A stretch of 30,876 nt of DNA from an uncultured archaeon (GTDB lineage Archaea > Asgardarchaeota > Lokiarchaeia > Sigyniarchaeales > SOKP01): NCBI GenBank assembly GCA_964388035.1, contig CAYLZE010000060.1, forward strand, positions 1 to 30,876. Reading direction: 5' to 3'. Under the pieces are notes generated by a model that saw only the letters and a list, made by a program, of their open reading frames with translations, ran no database searches and was not told the origin of the DNA. This document shows, in pieces, positions 9,790 through 19,816 of the stretch; within the stretch, counting starts at the first letter, position 1; every line of letters begins with the position of its first letter. A program made the translations under genes and the position numbers.

Positions 9790-11637
9790 CTAATGAACCG
9801 TAACTGTTTTTGCCAGATTAGCAGGTTGATCGGGATTTAAGCCCACATCAACGGAATAGAAATATGCCAGAAGTTGGAGCGAAGGAATGAATGTTATGGG
9901 CGATAATAAGTTATAATACTTATTTCCTGGTTGATTAATACGAATAGTAACATCACTCATATTGCTAATTTTTTTATCATCTGCGACAACTACAGAAATG
10001 ATAAAACCCCCTCTCGCCTTGAATTCCATCACGTTTCCCACTAACCTCTCATATGTGTCATCTGGGGGTGCAATGAAAATTATTGGAAATCCGTCTCTTA
10101 CTAGTGAAATGGGACCATGTTTCGCATGAGCGGCAGAATATCCTTCAACAAATCGGCAGGCAATTTCTTTTAATTTTAATCCTCCTTCCTTCGCAGTAGC
10201 AATGGATATTCCACGTGCTAAAAAGAAAAAATTGTGACTCTTTTCAAGATTTGAAACAATATCTTTTATTTCTTTAACGTCTTTTCTCAAGAATTCTTCC
10301 ACGATAGTAGGCGTATTATACAAGGCCTCCTCATATAATTGCATTTCCTCTTCAGATTCGAATTTAAGAAGTCTCCCTATTTCAATAGCGATCATTGCTA
10401 AGGTCAATACTTGAGTACTATAAGTTTTTGTCGCGGCCACTCCAATTTCAGGCCCCGCACGCGTAACTATCACGTGATCCGAATATCTAGTAAGAGAGGA
10501 GCCCACAATATTAGTAATCGAGAGAACTTTAGCTTTTTTCACTTCTTTTGCCCATCTAATGGCTTCAATTAAATCAATTGTTTCGCCGGATTGTGAGATT
10601 GCAATGACAATGGCACCCTCTTCCAACGAATTGCTCAATTGTGTTTGAAACTCAGAGCATTCTATTGCTTCTATATATTTTCCTAAAAAATAAGTAACGA
10701 TAAATTTTCCCGCCAAGGACGCATAAAATGAGGTCCCAGCAGCAGTTATATAAATTTTATCAGAGTTAATAAGTAACTCCGCAAATTCTCTTATTGTTTC
10801 TTTGGGAATGGTTAAAGTTTTCCCAAGCGCTAGCGGTTCTTCATGAATTTCTTTCAACATAAAATGTTCGTATCCTCCCTTTTCTGCAGCATCAATACTC
10901 CAGTTGATCTTTTGGATTTCTTTTTCAATTTTTTCATCGCTAGATAAAGAATAAAATTCTGCTTCACCTGCTTTAAGAATTGCCATTTCATCATCATTTA
11001 GGATATAGCATTTTCTGGTATAAGGGAGAAATGCTGGAATATCAGAAGCGCAATACGTTGTTTTATTTTCTTCGATTCCAACAATTAATGGAGATTCCTT
11101 TCTAATTACAACGAGATAATCGGGATAATCAGCGTGACAAGCTACAATAGCATATCCCCCCTTACATCTTCTTAGCGCCTTTTTTGAGGCGGTCTTGAAA
11201 TCTAATCCTTGATTCATTAAATCTTCAATCAAATGGGGAATAACTTCTGTATCTGTATCGGAGATAAACTTATGGCCCTTTAAAACTAATTCTTCTTTTA
11301 ATTCGAGGAAATTATCGATAATACCGTTATGGATGACAGCAATTTTCCCGGTACAATCCAGATGAGGATGACTATTTTTTTTTATGGGAGGTCCGTGTGT
11401 TGCCCATCTTGTATGTGCTAAGGCCATTCTTGAACCATTTGGAAATTCATCTAATTTTAATCGGGCATGAATTTCATCTATTTTTCCCGCATCTTTTTTA
11501 ACAAACAAACTGCCATCGTTTTGAGTAACAATTCCACAAGAATCATATCCTCGATATTCCAATCTTTTTATGCTTTCCAAGGCAATTTTACCAATCGGAA
11601 TATCCTCCTTAGTTATCACACCAAAGATTCCACACAT
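9790..11637 (-). CDS. glmS: Glutamine--fructose-6-phosphate transaminase (isomerizing)
   Basis: MCGIFG start; LEYRGYDS; HTRWATHG; HNG; SQSGET; AGPEIGVAATK; KHGP; NLAKTVTV end. Confidence 0.97.
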   Translation of the reverse strand: MCGIFGVITKEDIPIGKIALESIKRLEYRGYDSCGIVTQNDGSLFVKKDAGKIDEIHARLKLDEFPNGSRMALAHTRWATHGPPIKKNSHPHLDCTGKIAVIHNGIIDNFLELKEELVLKGHKFISDTDTEVIPHLIEDLMNQGLDFKTASKKALRRCKGGYAIVACHADYPDYLVVIRKESPLIVGIEENKTTYCASDIPAFLPYTRKCYILNDDEMAILKAGEAEFYSLSSDEKIEKEIQKINWSIDAAEKGGYEHFMLKEIHEEPLALGKTLTIPKETIREFAELLINSDKIYITAAGTSFYASLAGKFIVTYFLGKYIEAIECSEFQTQLSNSLEEGAIVIAISQSGETIDLIEAIRWAKEVKKAKVLSITNIVGSSLTRYSDHVIVTRAGPEIGVAATKTYSTQVLTLAMIAIEIGRLLKFESEEEMQLYEEALYNTPTIVEEFLRKDVKEIKDIVSNLEKSHNFFFLARGISIATAKEGGLKLKEIACRFVEGYSAAHAKHGPISLVRDGFPIIFIAPPDDTYERLVGNVMEFKARGGFIISVVVADDKKISNMSDVTIRINQPGNKYYNLLSPITFIPSLQLLAYFYSVDVGLNPDQPANLAKTVTVH

Positions 11638-11778
11638 TTTTTATCAACAGAAATATATTAAAAAAATAATTATCTTATAACACTCTAGTTAACTATAAAA
11701 TTTATAATTTAATCTAAGAAAGAAAACTTTACGCTTATATATATCAATTTAATTAATATAATCAAACTTGTTTTAAGC

Positions 11779-12891
11779 ATGACTGCCAATAATCCGAAAA
11801 AAGATGAAAACTACCCGGGATTCTATACTAAAAAAGAAATATTTGAGATTCCTTCTGTTTTGAAAAGGGTATTAAAAAATAGAGTAAGGTTGAATGAAAT
11901 TGCAAATAAGATCGTACAAAGGAAATGTCGACATATTTACTTGATTGGAGCAGGAAGCTCCTATCATGCAGGTTTCGCAATTTCCTACATGTTTAATAGG
12001 ATAACCAGAATTCCAACTTTTACAGAATATTCCATGGAGTTTCAATATTTAATTAAACCCATTTTAGATGAAACCGATTGTATTATTGGCTTGTCACAGA
12101 GCGGAGAGACAAAAGATACCATAGAATCCATACAGCTTGGAAAAGCACTCGGATGTTTAACAATTGGCATTACGAATACTCATAATTCAAGTTTAATGAA
12201 AGCTTGTGAACATTCAATTTTTCTGGAATGTGGTGAAGAAAAAAGTGTATTAGCTACAAAAACGTATGAAGCCGAATTGGCAGTATTAGCACTTCTTTCT
12301 TTAGAATTGGCAAGAATCCGAGAAACTCTGTCCATGGACGAATACCACGTATTGTTTGAAGAATTACAATTACTTCCGGTAAAAATAGAAAAATTTTTAC
12401 CAAAGTTACATCAAAGGATAAAGCGGCTCTCAAATTATTTCAAATTTGCTGAATTTTGCTTCATTTTGGGAGCAGGTCCCGATTATGCCACTGCAATGGA
12501 AGCATCCTTAAAGTTAAAGGAAGGGGCAAGAATTTTCGGACAAGCTTACGCCACGGCAGAATTTCCTCACGGTCCCATCACCTTGGCAGATTCAAAAACT
12601 TGGATCCTAGCGATCATTCCCCATGAAGAAGATCAGAGAAAAAAAAACTTGATTAATTTATTAAAACGAATTAAAGAGAGAAAAGCTACCATCTTGGCAA
12701 TATATGAATCCACCCGAATTGATGAGGTGCCCAAGGTTATTGATTTTGGGATTCGCGTTCCGAATACTTTGTTAGATTTACAACCGCTTCTCATGATTTT
12801 AGGCGTTCAATTGCTTTCACTGGAAATAGCAAAAATTAAAGGACTTAATCCAGATACGCCTAAATTTCTATCAAAAGTATCAGGAATATAA
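11779..12891 (+). CDS. SIS-SIS protein, GlmS isomerase-domain paralog lacking the glutaminase domain (GlmD-type glucosamine-6-phosphate deaminase candidate)
   Basis: KEIFEIP, GAGSSYHA, LSQSGETKDT, GEEKSVLATKT, EASLKLKE, EFPHGP, NPDTPKFLSKV; no Ntn glutaminase domain. Confidence 0.85.
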   Translation: MTANNPKKDENYPGFYTKKEIFEIPSVLKRVLKNRVRLNEIANKIVQRKCRHIYLIGAGSSYHAGFAISYMFNRITRIPTFTEYSMEFQYLIKPILDETDCIIGLSQSGETKDTIESIQLGKALGCLTIGITNTHNSSLMKACEHSIFLECGEEKSVLATKTYEAELAVLALLSLELARIRETLSMDEYHVLFEELQLLPVKIEKFLPKLHQRIKRLSNYFKFAEFCFILGAGPDYATAMEASLKLKEGARIFGQAYATAEFPHGPITLADSKTWILAIIPHEEDQRKKNLINLLKRIKERKATILAIYESTRIDEVPKVIDFGIRVPNTLLDLQPLLMILGVQLLSLEIAKIKGLNPDTPKFLSKVSGI

Positions 12892-12968
12892 TAACCTATT
12901 ATTTTTATAGGACGATTAAGAAGGGTTCGGTTAAAAATAGGAACCATGGGAGCAACAAGATAAGAGGT

Positions 12969-14402
12969 TTATATGATTTCTAATTTTTTTATGTGCTCAA
13001 CTACGATACGATTCATTTCTTTGGACCGTTCTAAATCCGTATTGGATTCGCCTGAAATTCTAAGATAAGGACTCGTGCCAGAACGTCGAATGAGAATCCA
13101 ACCCTTATCATAATCAAATCGAACCCCATCCAATTGGTTAATAGTTTTAATTTTAACTTGCATTTCATCGGAAGCACTTTCCATCTCTTTAATAATCTTA
13201 TCCGTAATACCATCCGTGAAGGGAATATCCCTTTTAAGATGATGGTTGGTACTATAATAAGGGTAATTAGGAATCTCTTCCAACAATTCTTTTAGGGTTT
13301 TTTTCGTCTCAATAAGCATTTGCAATACTTTCGCAATCGTTGCGATGGAATCGGGACCATAATGGGTACTTGGCCATATATACGTTCCCGAATTCTCTCC
13401 CCCCACAAAACCATTACATTCTTTTAATGCAATTGCAACTTTTATATCGCCAACTTCTGTTCTTAAAACCTTACATCCTAAAGGGTTTAAAACATCCTCA
13501 ACCAAGCTTGAAGAATTAATGGGAGTGACCACCGTCATGTTTTCTTGAAAGATTTTTGTCCCCCGATATTTTTTGAGGTAATATTTAGCCATCAAAGCGA
13601 AAAGCCTGATGGGATCTACAATTTCTCCTTCCTCATCCAAAAAAATTACCCTGTCTGCATCTCCATCTAAAGCAATTCCAATATCTTCTTCTTCAGATGC
13701 TCTTAAAAAGAGGGATACTTGCTTCAAGTTTTCCTTGCTTGGTTCTGAAAGCCTTCCCGGGAATTTTCCATCCATCTGACTATTTAAAGTGGTGACATTT
13801 ACATTATAACTGCCTAATAGCTTTGGGACAATTTCACACCCGGCACCATTTCCTGGATCCACAATAACATGTAAATCACTTCCATCAAAATCGATTCGAC
13901 TCTTAATATCCATGATGTGAATGTCATTAATATCAAGAATAGGAATTACTTTTCCAATTTCATCCCATTCTTTATTAATAAATGCCTTGGTATCATAAAT
14001 CTCCGAGATCTTTTCTTCTTGTTCCCGGGTATATCCCATTCCCGAAGGATTCCAGATTTTCAATCCGATATATTCTGGAGTGTTATGGCTCGCCGTGATC
14101 ATGCATCCAGCAGAACCTTCTAAATATCTTAAAGACATTGCTAACGTGGGCGTAGTAACCACCCCCAATGTTTTTACTATACATCCTGTACTCATTAGTC
14201 CCGAGATTAAAGCATATTCTATAGGCAAAGCAGAAGTTCGAATATCTCTCCCAATAACCACCGTTCCAACCCCATTTAAGTATGTACCTAATGCGAGACC
14301 AACTTCCAACGCCATTTGTGGAGTAAACATTAAATCGGATTCGCTATAATTCTGAAATATCCGCCTGATTCCAGAAGTGCCGAAGATATTAGATCCTGAC
14401 AT
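12969..14402 (-). CDS. glmM: Phosphoglucosamine mutase / alpha-D-phosphohexomutase
   Basis: FGTSGIR; TASHN phosphoserine loop; DGDADR metal site; GENSG sugar loop; RRSGTSP; glm cluster context. Confidence 0.9.
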   Translation of the reverse strand: MSGSNIFGTSGIRRIFQNYSESDLMFTPQMALEVGLALGTYLNGVGTVVIGRDIRTSALPIEYALISGLMSTGCIVKTLGVVTTPTLAMSLRYLEGSAGCMITASHNTPEYIGLKIWNPSGMGYTREQEEKISEIYDTKAFINKEWDEIGKVIPILDINDIHIMDIKSRIDFDGSDLHVIVDPGNGAGCEIVPKLLGSYNVNVTTLNSQMDGKFPGRLSEPSKENLKQVSLFLRASEEEDIGIALDGDADRVIFLDEEGEIVDPIRLFALMAKYYLKKYRGTKIFQENMTVVTPINSSSLVEDVLNPLGCKVLRTEVGDIKVAIALKECNGFVGGENSGTYIWPSTHYGPDSIATIAKVLQMLIETKKTLKELLEEIPNYPYYSTNHHLKRDIPFTDGITDKIIKEMESASDEMQVKIKTINQLDGVRFDYDKGWILIRRSGTSPYLRISGESNTDLERSKEMNRIVVEHIKKLEII

Positions 14403-14870
14403 TTTATTTAATACGAGTTTTATTTAAGTACTTATCTATTTTATTAAAATTCCATTTGTTATATTTAGTTATATTAAATGGAAGAAAGCTTAATTTTTAA
14501 ACTTTATATCTATATTATTCCCTTATTTAAGCATCTTTTTTAGTGCTTTAAAGGAATTCATTAGTACATGTCATTAAATGAGGAATACACCACAAGTAAA
14601 TAATTTCATTCGAACCTTCCTTTAATAAAAAAAAATAGAGCCATAAATCAATTTAGAGTAATGCGATTATATTTCTTCTCTTAGTTTTATCAAAGTGAAA
14701 GGAGACTAAGTCTATTTACATTTTTTATGTGTAGTGCTCTATTTTGCTTCCAGTTAAGATTTACGATTTTGATTAAATATAACAATAAATTATTAATCCC
14801 ATGTACTATTATTTCAATAGAAAATATAGCACGGGGTACATAAACCCTAAAAGATTTACGTGGATTTATC

Positions 14871-16676
14871 ATGATCCTTCAAGGTTTGTTTAACATACTT
14901 GACTTATATTTAAATGAAATAGATTTATTTTATGAGGCGCTCGACCGCTTTTTTTGGCAAGAGTTGAGAATTTTCTTCGCCGATTTATCCCTCGGTCGAG
15001 AAGAACTATTCGAAGAGAATTTAAAATCTTCCGAAAATAATTTCACAAATAAAGAAGAATTACTGCAGAAAAATTTTAAATTTTTTAAATCTTTAATAAC
15101 TGAGGATAAGGAATCCTTCCGTAAGAAATTAAGATATATCTTCGAAAAAAACTATAAATCTCCCCGAGATTTAAGAAGAGAAATAAGAAATCTGCGGAGA
15201 CAAAATAATCTTACAGAATGGGAGCAAAAAAAAGAAGAATGGAAGATTCAGAGAGAAAAATTGCGAAAACAACGGAGATTAAGGCGACAAAGTAGAAAAC
15301 ACAGAATAAAATATCACATGACCGAAATCGTGAATAAGGTAGAACAAGATTTTCTTACGTTTTTAAAGGAAGAATTCATTTCATTAGGGTTCGAAAAAGA
15401 ATACATAGAAATGAGATTCATGGACCCTTTTTTAGAGATCAAAAAGGAAGAAAAAGAGACGGTTTCCTCTCCTTTAGAATTATATAAAAAAAAAATTGCT
15501 CCCGTACTCTATGAGATCTTTTTAGAAAAAATTGCAGACTATCTAGTTGATATTAATGCGGCTCAGATCCTTTTAAATTTGAAAGCACGTGGCTTCTTGC
15601 CAATTGAATTCATGATGGAATTACGAAATCTGAAAGAGCTTTTGGGAAAGTCAGAAACAACTGCAAATCTAAAAAAATATATTCAGATTAGAGATAAAGT
15701 CATTCAAAAATTACGAGAAAATAAGGATAAAATTGAAAGTATAGAAAAATTAGAAGAACCTCGGGATAAATTGCAATTGATGTATTTGATTTTTCGAATA
15801 ATTGATTTTTGTGGCGTGGAAAAATTATTCGACTTTTCGTCTCTTAGAAAGTATTTGAAAAACAATCTTTCAGAATGGTTAATTTCCATTCCTTTGATCT
15901 CGCTTAAGAACCCTGACCTTTATTTCTGTGGGATCTATTTAGCAAACCATTTAGGAATGGAGGTTGACACGAAAAAGGTTAAAAATTTCTTGCAAGAGTT
16001 ATACGATGAGAATATAGATGAATTCGAGGCTCCTATTATTGAAGCCTCCGATAAATTATATTATTATCTAAAATCCACTTCCCTAATTAAATGGAAATTA
16101 AGTGAAGAAAAAATCATCAGATTAGTACGAGCAGACCCGAGTTTTTTCAAATCTAACTATTTACAAGAATTAGAAACATCACAATTGGTAGTTATCCTAA
16201 AATTGTATAATTTTTTAGGCATTCTGGATAAAGTTAATCCGCAAAATATCAAAGCAATCATTGAAGAATTAAGTACGAGGGTAACTCCCGAGGGAATTAA
16301 ACAGTATCGTGATGGGATAATTTCTTCCGAAGCAACTTATTACATTTTATTTAATAGTTACATGAGAAATTCGCTAGAAGAACTAAAATCCATCGATTTT
16401 TTAGAAACAATTGTTTCAAGAATTTATAGAAACCTCGAAATTCTTGATATCTCTCAAAATGTTAACTATGACTTAATTAGTGAACTTTTCTATTCGATAG
16501 AATCCTTAAAACTATTTAATTGCATTGAAACAAAAGAAATGATTCTCCATCTCGCCAATTTTTTGTTTCCTAAGGAAATTGTAACTAAAATCCGACAAAG
16601 AGAAGAAATTGGACGTTCTTCGGCCAAATTTAGGCATTATAAAGTAGATAGAATCACCGGAGAAACAGTTTACTGA
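14871..16676 (+). CDS. Hypothetical alpha-helical protein with a highly basic insert and helical-repeat C-terminal domain
   Basis: 601-aa uninterrupted ORF; no confidently recognised catalytic motif. Confidence 0.85.
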   Translation: MILQGLFNILDLYLNEIDLFYEALDRFFWQELRIFFADLSLGREELFEENLKSSENNFTNKEELLQKNFKFFKSLITEDKESFRKKLRYIFEKNYKSPRDLRREIRNLRRQNNLTEWEQKKEEWKIQREKLRKQRRLRRQSRKHRIKYHMTEIVNKVEQDFLTFLKEEFISLGFEKEYIEMRFMDPFLEIKKEEKETVSSPLELYKKKIAPVLYEIFLEKIADYLVDINAAQILLNLKARGFLPIEFMMELRNLKELLGKSETTANLKKYIQIRDKVIQKLRENKDKIESIEKLEEPRDKLQLMYLIFRIIDFCGVEKLFDFSSLRKYLKNNLSEWLISIPLISLKNPDLYFCGIYLANHLGMEVDTKKVKNFLQELYDENIDEFEAPIIEASDKLYYYLKSTSLIKWKLSEEKIIRLVRADPSFFKSNYLQELETSQLVVILKLYNFLGILDKVNPQNIKAIIEELSTRVTPEGIKQYRDGIISSEATYYILFNSYMRNSLEELKSIDFLETIVSRIYRNLEILDISQNVNYDLISELFYSIESLKLFNCIETKEMILHLANFLFPKEIVTKIRQREEIGRSSAKFRHYKVDRITGETVY

Positions 16677-16953
16677 ATTTATTTAATTTTACTAATTTTT
16701 AGCCCCTAATATAATACCTTCTTCATGACCGAAGAGAATATTTGTTCACCTTTGTAAGTAAGATATTCCGACTTATTTTTCCATTTAATCAAAATGTGAA
16801 AAAATATTGATATATTCAAAAATCTCTTCCTTAAGTTTTATCATTTAAATCCTTTTATAGAATTTAGAAAAATTAATTTATTATCAAACATTTACACATT
16901 CAAATCTATGCTCATGTAGAATAATCAGTGCCCTAATTCAGAAAGAAAAATCA

Positions 16954-17808
16954 ATGCCATACATAAAAAATAAAGATGGTTATAATCTTTACTACGAAGA
17001 TATCAACCCTTTCTCGAAAAACTGCACTATTATTTTAATTCATGGATTTGCATCCTCTGCATCTTTTTTTAAAGAACAAATCAAGGTTTTAAAACAAAAT
17101 TATAGAATCGTTGCATTTGATGCATTAGGACATGGAAGAAGCGACCATCCCGAGAAATTAGACATCTCCTGCAATGTAAGATATGAAATCATAAGGGATG
17201 TCGAAGACCTTATAGAGTTTTTGAATATAAAAGGAGAATTTGGGCTTATAGGGCATTCATTGGTAGGAGGAATGATTGCCCAGCAAATCGCATTAAAACA
17301 TCCCGAGCGGGTAAAATTCTTGATTTTATTGAACTCGGGGTATATCATGATAGATAATGTAATTAGAAACATTTTCTACAATTTATTACCCTACTTTATT
17401 CGCATGAATTTTTTGGAAGTCGTGGCAAATAGCGTGGAAAAGATCTTGGATAAAACCATTCCTTATATTGTTGCCTCTTTGGCAGATTCCCTTGTGGGGA
17501 GTAATTTAACAAAAGAGGAGCTCTACATGAAAATTGAGGACCAGATTTTTCGAATGATCCATGAGATAAAAGAGTATGATCCTTCCGGTATTATATGCCC
17601 CACGCTCATAATAGGAGGAAGATTGGATAATTTCAGTCCTGAAATGATGTCTGAACGCCTTCATGAAATGATATATAATTCTCAATTAGAAATAATAGAT
17701 ATGGCAGGGCATTTTTGTCCCGCTCAACGACCTGATGTGGTTAATGAGATTATTTTGGATTTTTTAACTCAATTCCTCAAAGGTAACAAACTGGCAGCAC
17801 ATTATTAA
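16954..17808 (+). CDS. Alpha/beta fold hydrolase
   Basis: LIHGF oxyanion motif; FDALGHGRS; GHSLVGG nucleophile elbow; PTLIIGGRLD (Asp); AGHF (His). Confidence 0.9.
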   Translation: MPYIKNKDGYNLYYEDINPFSKNCTIILIHGFASSASFFKEQIKVLKQNYRIVAFDALGHGRSDHPEKLDISCNVRYEIIRDVEDLIEFLNIKGEFGLIGHSLVGGMIAQQIALKHPERVKFLILLNSGYIMIDNVIRNIFYNLLPYFIRMNFLEVVANSVEKILDKTIPYIVASLADSLVGSNLTKEELYMKIEDQIFRMIHEIKEYDPSGIICPTLIIGGRLDNFSPEMMSERLHEMIYNSQLEIIDMAGHFCPAQRPDVVNEIILDFLTQFLKGNKLAAHY

Positions 17809-17890
17809 GGCAAAAGGATAGAATAGACAATAATTTTATCTTTAAAAGATTGTTCTAAATATAAATGAAGACCTTGCTTCCAAGTACATT

Positions 17891-18262
17891 ATGATGTCAA
17901 GAATTGAAAATGATGAAATTACTCCTATTTCTTTCTTCAAGCATGAAGTGGAACAGTTTATTGAGCAGAGAGGATGGAAAAAGTATCACACTCCTAAAAA
18001 TTTGATTCAAGCCTTACAGATTGAAGCAGCAGAACTCTCCGAGTTATTTTTATTCAAGGATCTTCCCAAGGAAAAAATCTTGGAAAATAAAGAATTATAT
18101 CAAAACATTTCCCATGAAATAGCAGATATATTTATTTACTTGATTAGTCTCATAAATTCTTTAGATATCGATCTAACGCGTGCCTTTATTAATAAAATGA
18201 AAATAAATGAGATAAAGTATTCTAAAGAAGAATTTAACCAAGGATTATATTACAAGAAGTAG
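17891..18262 (+). CDS. MazG-like nucleotide pyrophosphohydrolase (DCTPP1/RS21-C6 type)
   Basis: RGWKKYHTPKNL, EAAELSE, EIADIFIYL and KMKINEIKY match the all-alpha dCTP pyrophosphatase family. Confidence 0.88.
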   Translation: MMSRIENDEITPISFFKHEVEQFIEQRGWKKYHTPKNLIQALQIEAAELSELFLFKDLPKEKILENKELYQNISHEIADIFIYLISLINSLDIDLTRAFINKMKINEIKYSKEEFNQGLYYKK

Positions 18263-18330
18263 ATTATTCCTTTATTTTTAACTTAATAAGAAGAATTTTA
18301 ATAAAATCTATACCTTTCCTTCATGAAATC

Positions 18331-19311
18331 ATGATAAATGATAATATTGATGAAAAAATCAAGGCCCAATTCGAGAATACATTGAGCGAGACAAACTTCC
18401 CGAATAAGTTAGGCATTCTCTATAAAGGAAAAGTGAGGGATAATTACACGAGAGATGACATGCGCATCATTATTGCAACAGACCGATTATCGGCGTTTGA
18501 TCGGGTCATTACTACCATACCTTTTAAGGGGGAATTACTCAATAAAGTATCTTCGTTCTGGTTTGAGAAAACGAAGGATATAGTGAAAAATCATTTAATC
18601 TCCGTGCCCGATCCTAATGTTTCTATCACCCATCAATGTGAAACTCTTCCCGTGGAAATGATTGTAAGAGCTTATATTACGGGAACCGCTTGGCGTAATT
18701 ACACGGAAGGTATTCATACTTCTGGAATAGAACTCCTTAAGGGATTGAAAAAGAATGAAAAATTAACCGAAATCGTGCTGACTCCTTCGACAAAAGAGGC
18801 TTCTGGCCATGATATCTATATTTCAAGGGAAAAGATAATTCGAGAAAATATTGTGGAGAAGGATATTTATGAAAAAATGGAACAAGCCTCTTTAAAGCTT
18901 TTTAAATACGGCCAAGCTCACTGTAGCAAAAATGGATTAATCATGGTGGATACCAAATATGAATTCGGATTAAAGGATGGAGAATTAATGGTCATCGATG
19001 AAATACATACTCAAGATTCTTCCCGTTTTTGGATTGCAGATAGTTATGAAGAAGCATTCAATAAAGGAGAAGAACCTGAAATATTAGATAAAGAAATCTT
19101 TAGAGGATGGTTAATGGAAACGTATCCAGATGTTTTCCCAAACATAAAACCAGATCAACCCATACCCCCCATTAAAGATGATATAAAAATAGAATTGGCG
19201 AAGAGATACATGAAAAGTTTCAATAAAATCACGGGATTACCTTTTAAGGCAACACCCATGAACGTGAAAAAAAGAATTGAAGCGAATTTAAAAAAAGCAG
19301 GTTATTTATAG
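18331..19311 (+). CDS. purC: SAICAR synthetase
   Basis: YKGKVRD, TDRLSAFD, IPFKG, PVEMIVR, TPSTK, DTKYEFG, DEIHTQDSSRFW, DKE. Confidence 0.96.
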   Translation: MINDNIDEKIKAQFENTLSETNFPNKLGILYKGKVRDNYTRDDMRIIIATDRLSAFDRVITTIPFKGELLNKVSSFWFEKTKDIVKNHLISVPDPNVSITHQCETLPVEMIVRAYITGTAWRNYTEGIHTSGIELLKGLKKNEKLTEIVLTPSTKEASGHDIYISREKIIRENIVEKDIYEKMEQASLKLFKYGQAHCSKNGLIMVDTKYEFGLKDGELMVIDEIHTQDSSRFWIADSYEEAFNKGEEPEILDKEIFRGWLMETYPDVFPNIKPDQPIPPIKDDIKIELAKRYMKSFNKITGLPFKATPMNVKKRIEANLKKAGYL

Positions 19312-19353
19312 GGCTAAGTTAAATTTATCAATATATTATAATTATTTGTTAGT

Positions 19354-19578
19354 ATGCTAGATTTATTGATTATTTTTTCCAATATTACGTTATTGCTTGT
19401 TGCATTCATCCTTCTTGTAATCCAATTTTTTAGATTAAAGCCAGAAAGATATGAAAATCTTGCTAATAAGAAATTTCCAAGAATAAGTGGATATATTTTA
19501 TTATTCTCTCTTTTCTCGATGCTTATCTTAATTCTAATAAGTGTCTTTATAAAAGGAGGAAGTTTTGTCATGACATGA
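19354..19578 (+). CDS. Small two-TM membrane protein, hypothetical
   Basis: 74 aa with two hydrophobic stretches flanking a basic loop; same strand and 42 nt downstream of purC. Confidence 0.5.
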   Translation: MLDLLIIFSNITLLLVAFILLVIQFFRLKPERYENLANKKFPRISGYILLFSLFSMLILILISVFIKGGSFVMT

Positions 19579-19816
19579 GTAAGATGGAATCGAATTTTCA
19601 TTGAAAAAAAAAACTTTTCATTTGATTCGATAACATTTCAACAATAAAAATGATATGTGGGAAATCATTTTTTATATTAGTTGGAGGGAAATGATAAAAA
19701 GGATTATCATGTCCCTTGTTTTTCCTTATAGAGTTTTTGTTTTATAAATATATAGAAATTATTTAATTATTAATAAGAACTAATTTAATTAGAGCTATCA
19801 TTTTTTTCTTTTAAAA

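Noticed and set aside
11638-11778. glmS ribozyme
   Set aside because: The spacer is short, extremely AT-rich and has no recognisable ribozyme core; that element is bacterial.
14690-14872. 60-aa minus-strand ORF in the glmM intergenic region
   Set aside because: No motif or SD, and it overlaps the likely promoter and start of the 601-aa gene.
19576-19647. Possible Sec/readthrough at the TGA of the 74-aa ORF, followed by an imperfect hairpin (ATCGAAT...ATTCGAT)
   Set aside because: The extension is short and low-complexity, resembles no selenoprotein, and the hairpin lacks a convincing SECIS core.
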